Shown: positions 7,384 through 18,689, counted from the stretch's first letter. The stretch is 32,000 nucleotides of DNA from an uncultured Chloroflexia bacterium (GCA_963704755.1 OY969938.1:900001-932000), one strand, 5' to 3'. Program-made: numbers and translations. The notes: a model not told the origin generated them from the sequence alone.

Positions 7384-10300
7384 ATGTCCGACCAAAAGGA
7401 TCCCGTCCACCCATGTAAGCTACCTCCAAAACAAGGTCTCTATGACCCACGGTTCGAACACGATTCGTGTGGAGCCGGCTTTATCGTCAACATAAAAGGG
7501 ATTGCCTCCCACGAACTCGTTGAGCAGGCACTCACGATTATGGAAAACCTGGCCCATCGCGGCGCAGTCGGCAGTGAGTACAACACCGGTGACGGCGCCG
7601 GTGTCTTGATCCAGGTACCCCATGCCTTCCTCGTCAGGGAATGTGCTGCCCTGGGCTTTGATTTGCCTGACCCGCGTTACTACGGCGTGGGCATGATTTT
7701 TCTGCCCACCGACGAAAATCAGCGCCAGGCCATCGAAAAACGCTTCGAAGAAATCATCCAATCCGAGGACCACCGCGTCCTGGGTTGGCGGACTGTACCG
7801 ACCAACGACGCCGGCCTTGGGCCAACCGCCCAAGCCGCTCAGCCGGTTATTCGCCAGGTATTCATCGCGCGCAACCCGCTGATCAAAGACCGCATGTCGT
7901 TCGAGCGCAAACTGTATGTCATCCGCAAGCGCGCCGAGCAGGAAATTCGCTACGGCGATATTCCCGGTGGAGACACATTCTACGTATGCAGCCTGTCTTT
8001 CAAGACCATGGTGTTCAAGGGCATGCTGACCGCCAGTCAGGTGCGCACCTACTTCCCGGATCTTTCGGATCCTTTAGTAGAATCCGCGCTGGGAATGGTG
8101 CACTTACGCTTCAGCACCAACACCTTCCCCTCCTGGGACCGGGCTCACCCCTATCGTTACCTGGCCCACAATGGAGAGATCAATACCCTGCAGGGTAACG
8201 TCAACTGGTTCAACTCCCAGCAAGACCTGTTCCAGTCGGCTATTTTTGGCAACGACCTGCCCAAGATCCTGCCGGTAATCAACCCGGATGGATCCGATTC
8301 CGCTATGTTCGATAACGTCCTGGAATTACTTGTTTTAGCCGGGCGTTCGCTGCCTCATGCCGTCATGATGATGGTGCCCGAACCGTACACCAACCATGAA
8401 AGCATGAGCGACGAGAAGCGCGCCTTCTACGAGTACCACAGCACCCTGATGGAACCCTGGGACGGCCCGGCCTCGATCGTCTTCACCGACGGGCGCGGAA
8501 TTGGCGCCACCCTGGACCGCAACGGCCTGCGTCCCTCGCGCTATTATGTCACCAAAGACGACCGTGTCATCCTGGCCTCGGAAGTAGGGGTGCTCAACAT
8601 CCCGCCGGAAAACATCCTGCAAAAAGGGCGTCTCGAACCCGGCCGGATGCTGTGGATCGATACGGAAGAGGGTCGCATCATCAGCGATGAAGAGATCAAG
8701 CACCAGATTGCCTCGACCCGCCCGTATCGTAAATGGCTGAACGAATATATGGTGGACCTGGAAGATTTACCCGACCCACCGGTTCCGCCCCTGGCCGGCA
8801 TCGGCAAAGACCTGGGCAGCCCAGACCGTACCAAAAAGATGCTCCAGTACCAGCAGACCTTCGGATACACCTACGAGGACCTGCGCTTGATCGTGGCGCC
8901 GATGGCTCAAAATGCCATCGAACCGCTCGGCTCGATGGGTAACGACACCCCCCTGGCCGTGCTCTCCAGCAAGCCCCAAATGCTGTACAACTACTTCAAA
9001 CAGCTTTTCGCCCAGGTGACCAACCCGCCGATCGACTCGATCCGCGAAGAATTGATCACCGACACCCAGGTCATGATCGGCTCGGAGCAAAACCTGCTCG
9101 AACCGCGCGCGGAAAACTGCCGCCAGATCAAGCTAAAAAACTCGGTCCTGACCAATGAAGAATTAGAGAAGATTCGCAACCTGAACCGGCTCTATTTCCG
9201 GACCGTCACGCTGCCGATCCTTTTTAACCCGGCCGAAGACGGCGCCGGGTTGGCTAAGGCTCTGGAAAACCTCTTCGCAAAGGCGGACCAGATCATTTCC
9301 AACGACGAGGCCAACATCCTGATCCTCTCGGATCGCGGCATCGACCGCGATCACGCCCCTATCCCGGCTTTGTTGGCAGTCGCCGGCCTGCACAACCATC
9401 TGATCCGCAACGGAAAACGGGCCCGAGTCGGATTGATCCTCGAATTGGGCGAGCCGCGTGAAGTGCACCAGTTCGCTCTGTTGATCGGCTACGGGGTACT
9501 GGCGATCAACCCCTACCTGGCCTTCGCCTCGATCGAAGAAATGATCAACCAGGGCTTGATGACCGGTATCGAATATCCCAAGGCGGCCAAGAATTATGCC
9601 AAGGCCGTGGTCAAAGGCGTGGTCAAGGTGATCTCCAAAATGGGCATCTCGACCATCATGAGCTATTTCGGTGCCCAAATTTTCGAAGCCGTCGGTTTGA
9701 ACAAGGAATTTATCGACCGTTACTTCACCAACACTCCCTCGCGGATTGGCGGCGTCGGCATCGAAGTGATCTCGCGTGAAACGGCCATGCGTCACGGGCA
9801 CGCCTTTGCCGAACGCCCGGTCAACGGACGCACCCTGGAAGTCGGTGGGCGCTACCAGTGGCGGGATGGCGGTGAAAACCACAATTTCAATCCCGAGACG
9901 GTCTATACCCTGCAATTGGCCACCCGGACCAATAATTACAAGGTCTTCAAGAAGTATTCCCAAATGATCGATGACCAATCCCGGCACGGCAGCACTTTGC
10001 GCGGGCTGCTGGATTTCAAATTCGCGGCCGAGTCCATCCCGTTGGAGGAAGTCGAGCCGGTCGAATCGATCATGAAGCGTTTCAAGACCGGAGCCATGTC
10101 TTATGGCTCGATCAGCAAAGAGGCTCACGAAGCCCTGGCCATTGCCATGAACCGCATCGGCGGCCGCAGCAACACCGGCGAAGGCGGCGAAGACCCGCAG
10201 CGCTATATCCTCGACCCCAACGGCGATTCGCGCAACAGCGCTATCAAGCAGGTCGCCTCGGCCCGCTTCGGCGTGACCAGCTACTACCTGGTCAACGCCC

Positions 10301-12036
10301 GTGAACTGCAAATCAAAATGGCCCAGGGAGCCAAACCCGGCGAAGGCGGCCAGTTACCCGGCAAAAAGGTCTATCCCTGGATCGCTAAAACGCGCCATTC
10401 CACACCCGGCGTCGGCCTGATTTCACCCCCGCCCCACCACGATATCTATTCCATCGAGGATATCGCTCAATTGATCCACGACCTTAAGAATGCCAATCCC
10501 CAGGCGCGGGTCAATGTAAAGCTGGTCTCCGAGGTGGGTGTCGGTACCGTCGCGGCCGGAGTCGCCAAGGCCCATGCGGACGTGATCCTGGTCAGCGGGC
10601 ACGATGGCGGCACAGGCGCCTCGCCATACACGGGCATCCATCACGCCGGACTGCCCTGGGAATTGGGCGTGGCCGAAGCCCACCAGACCTTGCTGCTCAA
10701 CAACCTGCGCAGCCGGGTCGTTTTGGAAACCGATGGCCAGCTCAAGACCGGGCGTGACGTGGTCATTGCCGCCCTGCTGGGAGCCGAAGAATTTGGCTTT
10801 GCCACCGCTCCGCTGGTGGCTTTGGGCTGCGTGATGATGCGCGTTTGTCACATGGATACCTGCCCGACCGGCGTCGCCACCCAGAACCCTGAATTACGCA
10901 AGAATTTTCACGGTGACCCGGCCCATGTGGTCAACTTTATGACCTTTATCGCCAGCGAAATGCGCGAGTGGATGGCTAAACTCGGCTTTCGCACCGTGGA
11001 CGAAATGATCGGCCGCAGCGATAAGCTCGAGCCGCGTCGCGCAATCGAAAACTGGAAAGCCGCTGAGATCGACCTTTCGGCGCTGCTCTACAAGCCCGAA
11101 GTCAGCGACGGCAGCACGCGCTATTGCAGCACCCGCCAGGACCACGGCCTGGAAAAAACCCTCGACCACCAGGTCTTGCTCGACCTGTGCCGGCCGGCCA
11201 TCGAACACTGCGAGCGGGTCGAAGCCGACTTGCCCATCCGTAACATCCACCGGGTGGTCGGCACCCAGGTCGGCAGCGCGGTGACCCGCGCTTACGGCCC
11301 GGACGGCCTGCCCGACGATACCATTCACCTGCGTTTCCACGGCTCGGCCGGGCAGAGTTTCGGCGCCTTCATCCCTCATGGGGTGACGCTCGAGCTGGAA
11401 GGCGATTCCAACGACTACATCGGCAAGGGCCTTTCGGGCGGACGCATCGTGGTCTATCCGCCGGCCGGCTCGACCTTTGCCCCCGAAGAGAACATCCTGA
11501 TCGGCAACGTGGCCTTCTACGGCGCGACCAGCGGTGAAGCCTACATCCACGGCGTGGCCGGCGAACGTTTTTGCGTGCGCAACAGCGGCATCAAGGCCGT
11601 GGTCGAAGGAGTGGGCGACCACGGCTGTGAATACATGACCGGTGGGCGCGTGGTAGTGCTGGGTAAAACCGGCCGCAACTTCGCCGCCGGCATGTCCGGC
11701 GGGATCGCCTATGTGGTCGATTGGAAAGGCGATTTCAGCCGGAAGTGCAACCACGAAATGGTCGAGCTTGAACCGCTGGAAAAACCGGACGAGATCAACC
11801 AGGTGAAACGGATGATCGAGACCCACGCCAAGTCGACTTCCAGCCGCCTGGCCCGCGAGGTGCTGAACGGGTGGGACGAGGTTCTGCCCCGGATCGTCAA
11901 GGTCATCCCCAAAGACTACAAGCGCATGCTGCAAGCCCTGGACCAGGTCGCGGCTTCCGGGTTGAGCGGCGAGCAGGCCGACATGGCTGCCTTTGCGCTG
12001 AACAGCGTCGATATGGCTCGCGTAAGCGGGAACTAA
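7384..12036 (+). CDS. gltB: glutamate synthase (NADPH) large subunit
   Basis: The Ntn-amidotransferase start is [15 protein letters not shown] and Fe-S domain motifs are present ([47 protein letters not shown]), as is the C-terminal [13 protein letters not shown] beta-helix. I set the start at ATG 7384 because GGAGAA lies 8 nt upstream. The track start at 7270 is a TTG in-frame extension. Confidence 0.95.
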   Translation: MSDQKDPVHPCKLPPKQGLYDPRFEHDSCGAGFIVNIKGIASHELVEQALTIMENLAHRGAVGSEYNTGDGAGVLIQVPHAFLVRECAALGFDLPDPRYYGVGMIFLPTDENQRQAIEKRFEEIIQSEDHRVLGWRTVPTNDAGLGPTAQAAQPVIRQVFIARNPLIKDRMSFERKLYVIRKRAEQEIRYGDIPGGDTFYVCSLSFKTMVFKGMLTASQVRTYFPDLSDPLVESALGMVHLRFSTNTFPSWDRAHPYRYLAHNGEINTLQGNVNWFNSQQDLFQSAIFGNDLPKILPVINPDGSDSAMFDNVLELLVLAGRSLPHAVMMMVPEPYTNHESMSDEKRAFYEYHSTLMEPWDGPASIVFTDGRGIGATLDRNGLRPSRYYVTKDDRVILASEVGVLNIPPENILQKGRLEPGRMLWIDTEEGRIISDEEIKHQIASTRPYRKWLNEYMVDLEDLPDPPVPPLAGIGKDLGSPDRTKKMLQYQQTFGYTYEDLRLIVAPMAQNAIEPLGSMGNDTPLAVLSSKPQMLYNYFKQLFAQVTNPPIDSIREELITDTQVMIGSEQNLLEPRAENCRQIKLKNSVLTNEELEKIRNLNRLYFRTVTLPILFNPAEDGAGLAKALENLFAKADQIISNDEANILILSDRGIDRDHAPIPALLAVAGLHNHLIRNGKRARVGLILELGEPREVHQFALLIGYGVLAINPYLAFASIEEMINQGLMTGIEYPKAAKNYAKAVVKGVVKVISKMGISTIMSYFGAQIFEAVGLNKEFIDRYFTNTPSRIGGVGIEVISRETAMRHGHAFAERPVNGRTLEVGGRYQWRDGGENHNFNPETVYTLQLATRTNNYKVFKKYSQMIDDQSRHGSTLRGLLDFKFAAESIPLEEVEPVESIMKRFKTGAMSYGSISKEAHEALAIAMNRIGGRSNTGEGGEDPQRYILDPNGDSRNSAIKQVASARFGVTSYYLVNARELQIKMAQGAKPGEGGQLPGKKVYPWIAKTRHSTPGVGLISPPPHHDIYSIEDIAQLIHDLKNANPQARVNVKLVSEVGVGTVAAGVAKAHADVILVSGHDGGTGASPYTGIHHAGLPWELGVAEAHQTLLLNNLRSRVVLETDGQLKTGRDVVIAALLGAEEFGFATAPLVALGCVMMRVCHMDTCPTGVATQNPELRKNFHGDPAHVVNFMTFIASEMREWMAKLGFRTVDEMIGRSDKLEPRRAIENWKAAEIDLSALLYKPEVSDGSTRYCSTRQDHGLEKTLDHQVLLDLCRPAIEHCERVEADLPIRNIHRVVGTQVGSAVTRAYGPDGLPDDTIHLRFHGSAGQSFGAFIPHGVTLELEGDSNDYIGKGLSGGRIVVYPPAGSTFAPEENILIGNVAFYGATSGEAYIHGVAGERFCVRNSGIKAVVEGVGDHGCEYMTGGRVVVLGKTGRNFAAGMSGGIAYVVDWKGDFSRKCNHEMVELEPLEKPDEINQVKRMIETHAKSTSSRLAREVLNGWDEVLPRIVKVIPKDYKRMLQALDQVAASGLSGEQADMAAFALNSVDMARVSGN

Positions 12037-12050
12037 ACTTAGAGGTAATC

Positions 12051-13544
12051 ATGGCTAAACCAACCGGCTTTATGGAATATCAACGCGAGCTGCCTACCGA
12101 CTTACCCCCGGAAGAACGGATTCTGCATTGGAAAGAGTTCCATCGCTCCCTTCCGGTCGAGAAACTGCGCGCCCAGGGTGCCCGCTGCATGGACTGCGGT
12201 ATCCCTTTCTGCCACACGGGCAAGTTGATGAACGGCATGGCCTCCGGCTGCCCGATCAACAACCTCATCCCGGAGTGGAACGACCTGGTATACCGTGGCA
12301 TGTGGCGCCAGGCCCTGGATAGGCTGCTCAAAACCAACAATTTTCCTGAATTTACCGGGCGAGTTTGCCCGGCGCCCTGTGAAGGGTCGTGTACCCTGGG
12401 GCTGAACGACAGCCCGGTCACCATCAAGAACATCGAACTGGCCATCGTCGAAAAAGGCTACAAAGAGGGCTGGATCACCCCCCAACCCCCGGCCGTACGG
12501 ACCGGCAAGAAGGTCGCGGTGGTGGGTTCCGGGCCGGCCGGCCTGGCCTGCGCCGACCTGCTCAACCGCACCGGCCACAGCGTCACCGTCTACGAGCGGG
12601 CCGACCGGGTTGGCGGGCTGCTCATGTACGGCATCCCCAACATGAAGCTGGACAAGCTGATGGTCAAGCGGCGCATCGATTTGATGGCCGCCGAAGGCAT
12701 CCGCTTCGTCACCGGGGTCGAGGTGGGCAAAGACTACCCGGCCGAAAAGCTGCAATCCGAATTCGATGCGGTCGTTTTGTGCGGCGGCGCCACCAAACCG
12801 CGCGATCTGCCGATCGAAGGGCGCGCGATGAAGGGCATCCACTTCGCCGTGGACTTCCTGACCGCCAACACCCGCAACCTGCTGGGCACTTCCCTGCAGG
12901 ACGAGAACTCCGTCACAATATCCGCCCGCGGCAAGGACGTGATCGTCATCGGCGGCGGCGATACCGGCACCGATTGCGTGGGTACGTCCCTACGCCACGG
13001 CTGCCGCAGCCTGACCCAGTTCGAGATCCTCGAACAGCCCCCGCTGGAACGCCAGCCCGACAACCCCTGGCCGGAGTGGCCGCGGGTGTTCAAGGTCGAT
13101 TACGCCCAGGAAGAGGCCGCCGCCATCTCCGGCAGCGACCCGCGCCAGTTCTGTATCTCTTCCAAACGCTTCGTGGCGGACGAAAACGGGCAGGTCAAAG
13201 AGATCCACACCGTCCAAGTCGAATGGGTCACCGATCCCAACGGTGGTCGCCCCAGCCCGCGTGAAATTCCCGGCACCGAAAAAGTCTGGCCGGCGCAACT
13301 GGTCCTGCTGGCCATGGGCTTTCTGGGTCCCGAAAATCAACTGCTGGAACAACTGGCCATCGAACGGGACCCGCGCAGCAACGTCAAGGCTGCTCCCCCG
13401 GCCTATACCACCAACATTCCCGGCGTATTTACTGCCGGTGACATGCGCCGCGGCCAGAGCCTGGTCGTGTGGGCCATCCACGAAGGACGCGGCGCCGCCC
13501 GCGAGGTGGACCGCTACTTGATGGGCGAGACGCAAATTCCTTAA
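12051..13544 (+). CDS. gltD: glutamate synthase (NADPH) small subunit
   Basis: The sequence [13 protein letters not shown]...[11 protein letters not shown]...[12 protein letters not shown] gives the Fe-S cluster motifs. [14 protein letters not shown] gives the Rossmann fold, followed by [12 protein letters not shown] 12051 follows AGAGGT and lies 14 nt after the gltB stop. Confidence 0.95.
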   Translation: MAKPTGFMEYQRELPTDLPPEERILHWKEFHRSLPVEKLRAQGARCMDCGIPFCHTGKLMNGMASGCPINNLIPEWNDLVYRGMWRQALDRLLKTNNFPEFTGRVCPAPCEGSCTLGLNDSPVTIKNIELAIVEKGYKEGWITPQPPAVRTGKKVAVVGSGPAGLACADLLNRTGHSVTVYERADRVGGLLMYGIPNMKLDKLMVKRRIDLMAAEGIRFVTGVEVGKDYPAEKLQSEFDAVVLCGGATKPRDLPIEGRAMKGIHFAVDFLTANTRNLLGTSLQDENSVTISARGKDVIVIGGGDTGTDCVGTSLRHGCRSLTQFEILEQPPLERQPDNPWPEWPRVFKVDYAQEEAAAISGSDPRQFCISSKRFVADENGQVKEIHTVQVEWVTDPNGGRPSPREIPGTEKVWPAQLVLLAMGFLGPENQLLEQLAIERDPRSNVKAAPPAYTTNIPGVFTAGDMRRGQSLVVWAIHEGRGAAREVDRYLMGETQIP

Positions 13545-13555
13545 ATTTAAAATCA

Positions 13556-13610
13556 GGGTGATTTTGTTATTTTTCGCGTGCGAAGCACGCGAAAAATAAC
13601 AAAATCACCC
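13556..13610. terminator. 26-bp perfect hairpin between convergent gltD and the response-regulator gene (probable bidirectional terminator; member of a repeat family)
   Basis: The sequence is GGGTGATTTTGTTATTTTTCGCGTGC-GAA-GCACGCGAAAAATAACAAAATCACCC, starting 12 nt after the gltD stop. A related element lies at 18929-18992. Confidence 0.65.
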
Positions 13611-13637
13611 TTTCCCATAAATCAACGCGGCAAAAAA

Positions 13638-14753
13638 CTATTCCCCCTGCAAATCCGAAAGTTCGACGGGAGCTTTCATCGCGGTGGCCCGCGCGACGGC
13701 TGCCGAGCGGGTGTGAATATCCAATTTGCGGAAGATCGCTTTCAAATGGCGTTTGACTGTATTAACCGAAATCACCAGCGTATCGGCAATTTCCTGGTTG
13801 GTCTTGCCTTGGGCCAGCAGGTTGAGGATTTCGTGCTCACGCAGGGTCAACTGATCCAGCTCGTCTTTCGACTGCGAGGCAGATTGGGCTTCTCGTACGG
13901 TGCGCAAGAACGTTTGCCGGTCGAAGGACTGTTTTTCGATAAAGGCAAATACCCCTTTTTCCCGGTAGACCCGTTCGATATCCACCGGTGCGGCCACCCC
14001 GCTGACTACGATAGCCGGCAGCCCCTCTTCGCGGACGGCATCCAGCAATGGATAGCCTTGCGGTTCTCCTTCAGCAGCGGCTTCCGCCCATGAGCCCGCC
14101 CCGCTTAAATCCAGGTCGAGAATGGCCAGGTGATAATGTTCCCGGCGCAGGCTGCCCATGGCTTCCCCAAAACTGGCGCACAACCGTACCTGAAAACCGG
14201 CATCGTTGAGCATCTCGAACAGAATCCCCCGCCAGCCGGCGTCATCTTCGACCACCAAGGCGTGCTTGACGACTACTGCCGGCCGCGGCAAGACTTCCGT
14301 GAATCGCCCGGCATGCGGGGTTACCTCCGCGCTTTCCTTGTGCACCGGCAGGCTGGGTGGGACGCTGGCCAGGGCTTTGTTGATAATGTCTCGGAATTCC
14401 CGGCGTTGAAAGACTTCTTTTTGCAGGCAGGTATAGGCCCCGTACTCTTTAATCGCGCTGACGGCCAGTTCAACTGTGGCAAAGCCAGTCAGCAGCACAG
14501 CTACACAGCCGGGGTCATGCCGGCGGATGATATCCAGCACGCGCAACCCATCCTGGTTATGCGGATCGCGCCCGTCCAATGAGAGATCGACGACTGCGAT
14601 CCGGTGCGGTTGGGCGTGTACCAGCGGAGCGGCCATGTCCAGGCTGTCGGCTACGTCCACGGCAAGCCCGGCGTCATCCAGGATTTCATTCAGGATATCC
14701 TGCCAGGCGTGGCTATCCTCGACGATTAATGCGCGAACGGCCGGCTTTTTCAT
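13638..14753 (-). CDS. response regulator with two receiver domains and a LuxR/FixJ-type HTH output
   Basis: REC1 reads ALIVEDSHAWQDIL...IAVVDLSLDG. REC2 reads ALVVEDDAGWRGIL...LAILDLDLSG. The C-terminal LTLREHEILNLLAQGKTNQEIADTLVISVNTVKRHLKAIFRKLD is a GerE/LuxR HTH. Its ATG overlaps the kinase stop (ATGA), which indicates an operon. Confidence 0.9.
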   Translation of the reverse strand: MKKPAVRALIVEDSHAWQDILNEILDDAGLAVDVADSLDMAAPLVHAQPHRIAVVDLSLDGRDPHNQDGLRVLDIIRRHDPGCVAVLLTGFATVELAVSAIKEYGAYTCLQKEVFQRREFRDIINKALASVPPSLPVHKESAEVTPHAGRFTEVLPRPAVVVKHALVVEDDAGWRGILFEMLNDAGFQVRLCASFGEAMGSLRREHYHLAILDLDLSGAGSWAEAAAEGEPQGYPLLDAVREEGLPAIVVSGVAAPVDIERVYREKGVFAFIEKQSFDRQTFLRTVREAQSASQSKDELDQLTLREHEILNLLAQGKTNQEIADTLVISVNTVKRHLKAIFRKLDIHTRSAAVARATAMKAPVELSDLQGE

Positions 14754-15586
14754 CGCTTCCCCCCGGCCGTTGGCAGGCTCAGGCGGAAAGTGGCTCCATG
14801 GACACCGTCACTTTCGACCGTAACCGCACCACCCAGGCGCACCATCAATGTCTTGACCCACCACAGGCCAAATCCCAATTTGTTCCCGCGAGCCGGTCCT
14901 CGCCCGGAATAATTCAATTCGAAAATACTGCTATGCAGTTCCGGCGGGATGCCCGGGCCTGTATCGCTGACCGCGATATCGACCAGGCCATCGCGAGCAA
15001 AGCCGGTGATGGTGATGTGCCCTTCCCCGCGCATGGCATCGGACGCATTCCCCAACAAGTTGGTAAACACCAGGGTCAGGCTGCGTTTTCCGGCCATAAC
15101 CGGCGGCAGGTCATCCAGATGCTCCAGTTCCACCTGGATTCCCACCGGCAGGTTAGCCCCCTCCAGAGCCGCGCTGACGCTGCCGGCCACTTCCACCTCG
15201 GCGATATTGATCGGCCTCAGGTGCGAAAGGTTATCCCGCACCAATTCCATCGCCTCATTGGCGCTGCGTTCGATTTCGTTCAGATTGGAGGCCAGGTAAG
15301 CATCCGCGATCAAGGCCGGGCGGCACTTATCGCGTATTCCCTGGATGCGCACCGGGATCGTTCCGACTTTATTGTTCAAGTTGTGCAGCACGTTCGCAGT
15401 AATATCCCCGATCGCAGCGAAGGTCTCGGCCACGGCGTGCTGCTCCTGCGCGGCCCGTAACGCTTCCTGGTGGCCGGCATTCTGGACCGAAAGCGCCGCA
15501 TAATAGGCCAGGCAGGAAAGCACCTTTTTATCCCATTCCGAACTCGGTGAAACGCCCGTTTTCCTGATTGGTGCTGTATATGGCAA
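14750..15586 (-). CDS. sensor histidine kinase, catalytic half (DHp H-box plus HATPase_c); probably the frameshifted continuation of 15528..16958
   Basis: The H-box-like segment is FAAIGDITANVLHNLNNKVGTI. The ATP-binding motifs read LTLVFTNLLGNASDAM, DTGPGIP and GFGLWWVKTLMVRLGG. The only start at the 5' end of this ORF is a TTG, and the residues before the H-box (SEWDKKVLSCLAYYAALSVQNA) read like the end of a GAF domain. Confidence 0.8.
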   Translation of the reverse strand: MPYTAPIRKTGVSPSSEWDKKVLSCLAYYAALSVQNAGHQEALRAAQEQHAVAETFAAIGDITANVLHNLNNKVGTIPVRIQGIRDKCRPALIADAYLASNLNEIERSANEAMELVRDNLSHLRPINIAEVEVAGSVSAALEGANLPVGIQVELEHLDDLPPVMAGKRSLTLVFTNLLGNASDAMRGEGHITITGFARDGLVDIAVSDTGPGIPPELHSSIFELNYSGRGPARGNKLGFGLWWVKTLMVRLGGAVTVESDGVHGATFRLSLPTAGGKR

Positions 15587-16958
15587 AGGCTCCCACCGGC
15601 CGGTTGGTATCGCCGGCTAACAGCGGCACGGTCAGCGCATTCACATTCTTATCCAGGTTGGATAGATCCTGCACAGAATCGCCGGATGCTGCAATGACGA
15701 TCGCCCGGCGGCCGTTTAAACTTTTACCGGCCAGGCTGTCGGTCGGGGAAAGGCGTTCGACCGGGTGCAGGCTGCCGCTGGCGGCTTGCAGCATCAACAT
15801 ATCATTCTTAAGGATCCAGATGGCGCTGGTCTCGGCATTTAAAAGATCGCAGGCCAGTTCGACGATCCGCGAAAGGACTTTCGGGTTCGGTTGGGAGAGC
15901 AGGAATTGGGCGACTTCCTGCAGCGCATCCAGCAGACGCACTTCCTGGATGGCGGTTACCGCCTGGGTGGCCAGGGATTGCAGCAGGTGACTGTCCTGGT
16001 CGGTAAATGCGGCTACACGGGGGCTTTCCAGGTTGAGCACGCCCTCCAGCCGGCCGCTGGCGCCGATCAAGGGCACGGCCAGTTCCGAGCGCATCTCCAG
16101 CATCACATCCAGCGGATAATAGACATTTCGCCAGGGGTTTTCGCGCAGGTCGGGGATGCAAACCGGCGTGCGGTTGCGGGCGACCCAGCCCATGACGGTA
16201 TTGGCGCCGGTCGGCAGCGCCTCCACCAACGGCCGGGCCAACCGGTCGCCGGCAATGGCTCGGGTGATCAAATTTTGGCCGGTCTTGTCCAGCAAGCGGA
16301 AGATCCCGTATTGGGCGTTGGTCACTTCCAGCGCCATTTGCAGAATAGCTTCCAGGGTCTCCTCCAGCCGCAGGCGCGAGGAAATCAGCAGCCCGGCCCG
16401 GCGTAACTGTTTCAACTCTTCTTCTTTGCGCGCCAGGTCACGCTGTACCCCCGAGAGGTTATTGGCATGCAAAATCGCCGCCGTGGACAGGTTGGCCAGG
16501 TTTGACAACACCAGTTTTTGCGCCGGCGAAAATGGCACCTGGCCGCGCGTGTTTACCACCATGGCCCCAATCGATACCCCGCTGGCCACGAATGGATAAC
16601 AGGCCTGCACCGGTCCTTCGGGTAAATACAGCGTCGGCGGCTGTTCGTTGGAGAAAATTGGCTGGCGGTCTGTGACCGCCTGGGTAGCCAGAGCTTCCGG
16701 AAAAACACTTGGGTCCATACCTGTGGCGACCAGCGAGTTTGCATCGAAATTTCGTTCCTCTGCCTCGTAGATCACCGCCGCCGCCTCGGAACCCGGAAAT
16801 AAGTCGACGACGGTTTTGGTGATCAGGGTCAACAGGTCTTTCAGGCAAGCGGCATCGCCCACACAAAGGTGGTTAACTGCCAGACTGACCTGATTCAAAT
16901 GAACAAGCGCTTCCAGCAGCCAGGTGTCGGATGAGGGAGAACTTTGTCCAGGGCACAT
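15528..16958 (-). CDS. triple-GAF sensor module (N-terminal part of the histidine kinase)
   Basis: There are three GAF-like units, each ending in an L..LA.QA..AI..-type helix. Examples are FSPAQKLVLSNLANLSTAAILHANNL and FTDQDSHLLQSLATQAVTAIQEVRLL. The third unit is cut at ...GAFAIYSTNQENGRFTEFGMG*. ATG is at 16958. Confidence 0.8.
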   Translation of the reverse strand: MCPGQSSPSSDTWLLEALVHLNQVSLAVNHLCVGDAACLKDLLTLITKTVVDLFPGSEAAAVIYEAEERNFDANSLVATGMDPSVFPEALATQAVTDRQPIFSNEQPPTLYLPEGPVQACYPFVASGVSIGAMVVNTRGQVPFSPAQKLVLSNLANLSTAAILHANNLSGVQRDLARKEEELKQLRRAGLLISSRLRLEETLEAILQMALEVTNAQYGIFRLLDKTGQNLITRAIAGDRLARPLVEALPTGANTVMGWVARNRTPVCIPDLRENPWRNVYYPLDVMLEMRSELAVPLIGASGRLEGVLNLESPRVAAFTDQDSHLLQSLATQAVTAIQEVRLLDALQEVAQFLLSQPNPKVLSRIVELACDLLNAETSAIWILKNDMLMLQAASGSLHPVERLSPTDSLAGKSLNGRRAIVIAASGDSVQDLSNLDKNVNALTVPLLAGDTNRPVGAFAIYSTNQENGRFTEFGMG

Positions 16959-16995
16959 GACAAAATTATACGCTACATGCAGGGTTATTCTAAAC

Positions 16996-17044
16996 GCATA
17001 CCGCGCACTCGGAATTGGCGAAGAAAATCCGGTGCGCGGTATGC
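16996..17044 (-). terminator. possible glnA terminator hairpin
   Basis: The arms GCATACCGCGCAC ... GTGCGCGGTATGC are a perfect 13 bp with a 23-nt loop, 64 nt downstream of the glnA stop. The minus-strand tail GTTTAGAAT is only weakly U-rich. Confidence 0.4.
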
Positions 17045-17107
17045 AGTTCTAAGGAGAAATGGTCGCGAAAGTCAATCCTTCAGCGTAAGGAATAGGACTG
17101 GCAAGAA

Positions 17108-18523
17108 TTAGGCATCGTAATACAGGGTGAATTCGTACGGGTGAGGGCGCACACGCACCGCGTCCAGCTCGGTAACCCGCTTGTACTTGATATAGGCTTC
17201 CAGCAGATCAGTGGTGAAAACATCGCCCTTCAACAGGAAGTCGTGATCGGCTTCCAGGGCATCCAGTACGTCACCCAGTGACCCAGGCACCTGCTTGATC
17301 AGGCGAGCCTCTTCGGCGGGCAGTTCATACAAATCTTTATCGATCGGCTCACCCGGATCGATGCGGTTCTGAATACCGTCCAGGCCGGCCATCATCAGTG
17401 CCGAGAAGCACAGGTAGGGGTTGCAAGAAGGGTCCGGAGCGCGGAATTCGATCCGTTTGGCCTTGGGGCTCTTCGAGTAAACCGGGATACGGCAGATTGC
17501 CGAGCGGTTGCGCTGTGAATAAGCCAGGTTGACGGGTGCCTCGAAACCGGGAACGAGACGGCGATACGAATTGGTGGTCGGTGCAGCCAGGGCCAACAGC
17601 GCCGAGGAGTGCTTGAGCAGACCGCCAATATAGTATTTCGCCATATCGGAAAGTTGCGCGTAACCTGATTCGTCGTAGAAAACGTTCTTATCGTCGGTCC
17701 ACAGGCTCTGGTGAACATGCATACCGGAGCCATTGTCACCGAACAGTGGTTTGGGCATAAAAGTAGCGGTCAAGCCGTTCTTGCGGGCCACGTTCTTGAC
17801 GATGTACTTGTACATCAGCAGTTTATCGGCCATACGGGTCAGCGAATCGAAGCGCAAATCGATCTCTGCCTGGCCGGCTGTGGCGACTTCGTGGTGATGG
17901 ACTTCTACTTCCACACCCGCGTCCAACAGTTCCAGGACGATCCGGCTGCGCACATCCTGCATTTGATCGGCCGGTGGTACCGGGAAGTAGCCACGCTTGG
18001 GAGGAATTTGGCTGCCCAGGTTGGGCTTGGATTCGGTTCCACTGTTCCACCAACCCTCGACGCTGTCGACATAATAAAAGGAGGAATTTACCCCTCCGCC
18101 ATATCGTACGTCGTTGAACAGGAAGAACTCAGCTTCAGGGCCCCAATAGCTGGTTTTGGCCAGGCCTGTTTGCGTCAGGTATGCTTCCGCTTTGCGAGCC
18201 ACGTAACGCGGATCGCGCGAATAGGGTTGGCGGGTTAGCGGATCGTACACATCGCAAATGAGCGCCAACGTGGGGATCTCCAGGACCTTGTCGATGAAAG
18301 CAGTCGTCGGATCCAACAGCAAAAGCATATCCGATTCGTGAATTTCCTGGAAGCCACGGATCGACGAGCCGTCGAAACCAATCCCGTCTTCGAATAGAGA
18401 TTCGGTCAACTCGCCAGCCGGGATACTGAAATGCTGCCAGGTCCCCGGTAAATCCGTAAACCGCAGATCTACCATCTGCACTTCCGATTTCAACTTCATT
18501 ACATCTGCAACAGTTTTGGCCAT
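17108..18523 (-). CDS. glnA: glutamine synthetase, type I
   Basis: The 471-aa ORF has GSI motifs: [40 protein letters not shown] and [13 protein letters not shown]. The adenylylation-loop motif DKDLYELP is present (Tyr399, codon 17327-17329). AAGGAGAG precedes the ATG. Confidence 0.95.
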   Translation of the reverse strand: MAKTVADVMKLKSEVQMVDLRFTDLPGTWQHFSIPAGELTESLFEDGIGFDGSSIRGFQEIHESDMLLLLDPTTAFIDKVLEIPTLALICDVYDPLTRQPYSRDPRYVARKAEAYLTQTGLAKTSYWGPEAEFFLFNDVRYGGGVNSSFYYVDSVEGWWNSGTESKPNLGSQIPPKRGYFPVPPADQMQDVRSRIVLELLDAGVEVEVHHHEVATAGQAEIDLRFDSLTRMADKLLMYKYIVKNVARKNGLTATFMPKPLFGDNGSGMHVHQSLWTDDKNVFYDESGYAQLSDMAKYYIGGLLKHSSALLALAAPTTNSYRRLVPGFEAPVNLAYSQRNRSAICRIPVYSKSPKAKRIEFRAPDPSCNPYLCFSALMMAGLDGIQNRIDPGEPIDKDLYELPAEEARLIKQVPGSLGDVLDALEADHDFLLKGDVFTTDLLEAYIKYKRVTELDAVRVRPHPYEFTLYYDA

Positions 18524-18689
18524 ACTAGTTCTCTCCTTGAGAAATGGGGGTAACGACTCTTCCTTTGGCGAAGGAAATGTGCTTTTAACCCTTCAACAGA
18601 TAATTGCTTGCTTGTTGGCCCATTCGAAAACCCCCACCTCATCACCGGTGGAAATTTCCGCTGGAACCAGGAATTCATCAGGCCAAAGC

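Noticed and set aside
7420-13535. Many long antisense or out-of-frame ORFs inside gltB and gltD, for example 9163..10311, 10894..11934, 12102..12842 and 12389..13264.
   Set aside because: These are typical GC-rich shadow frames. Their Arg/Gly/Asp/His-rich translations have no recognisable motifs, and they sit entirely inside genes with unambiguous GOGAT homology. The same applies to 1189..1857 and 1451..2017 (murJ), 23738..24793, 24922..25515 and 25436..25936 (glnE), 19793..20407 (amt), 15891..16406 (kinase) and 26345..27034 (GT).
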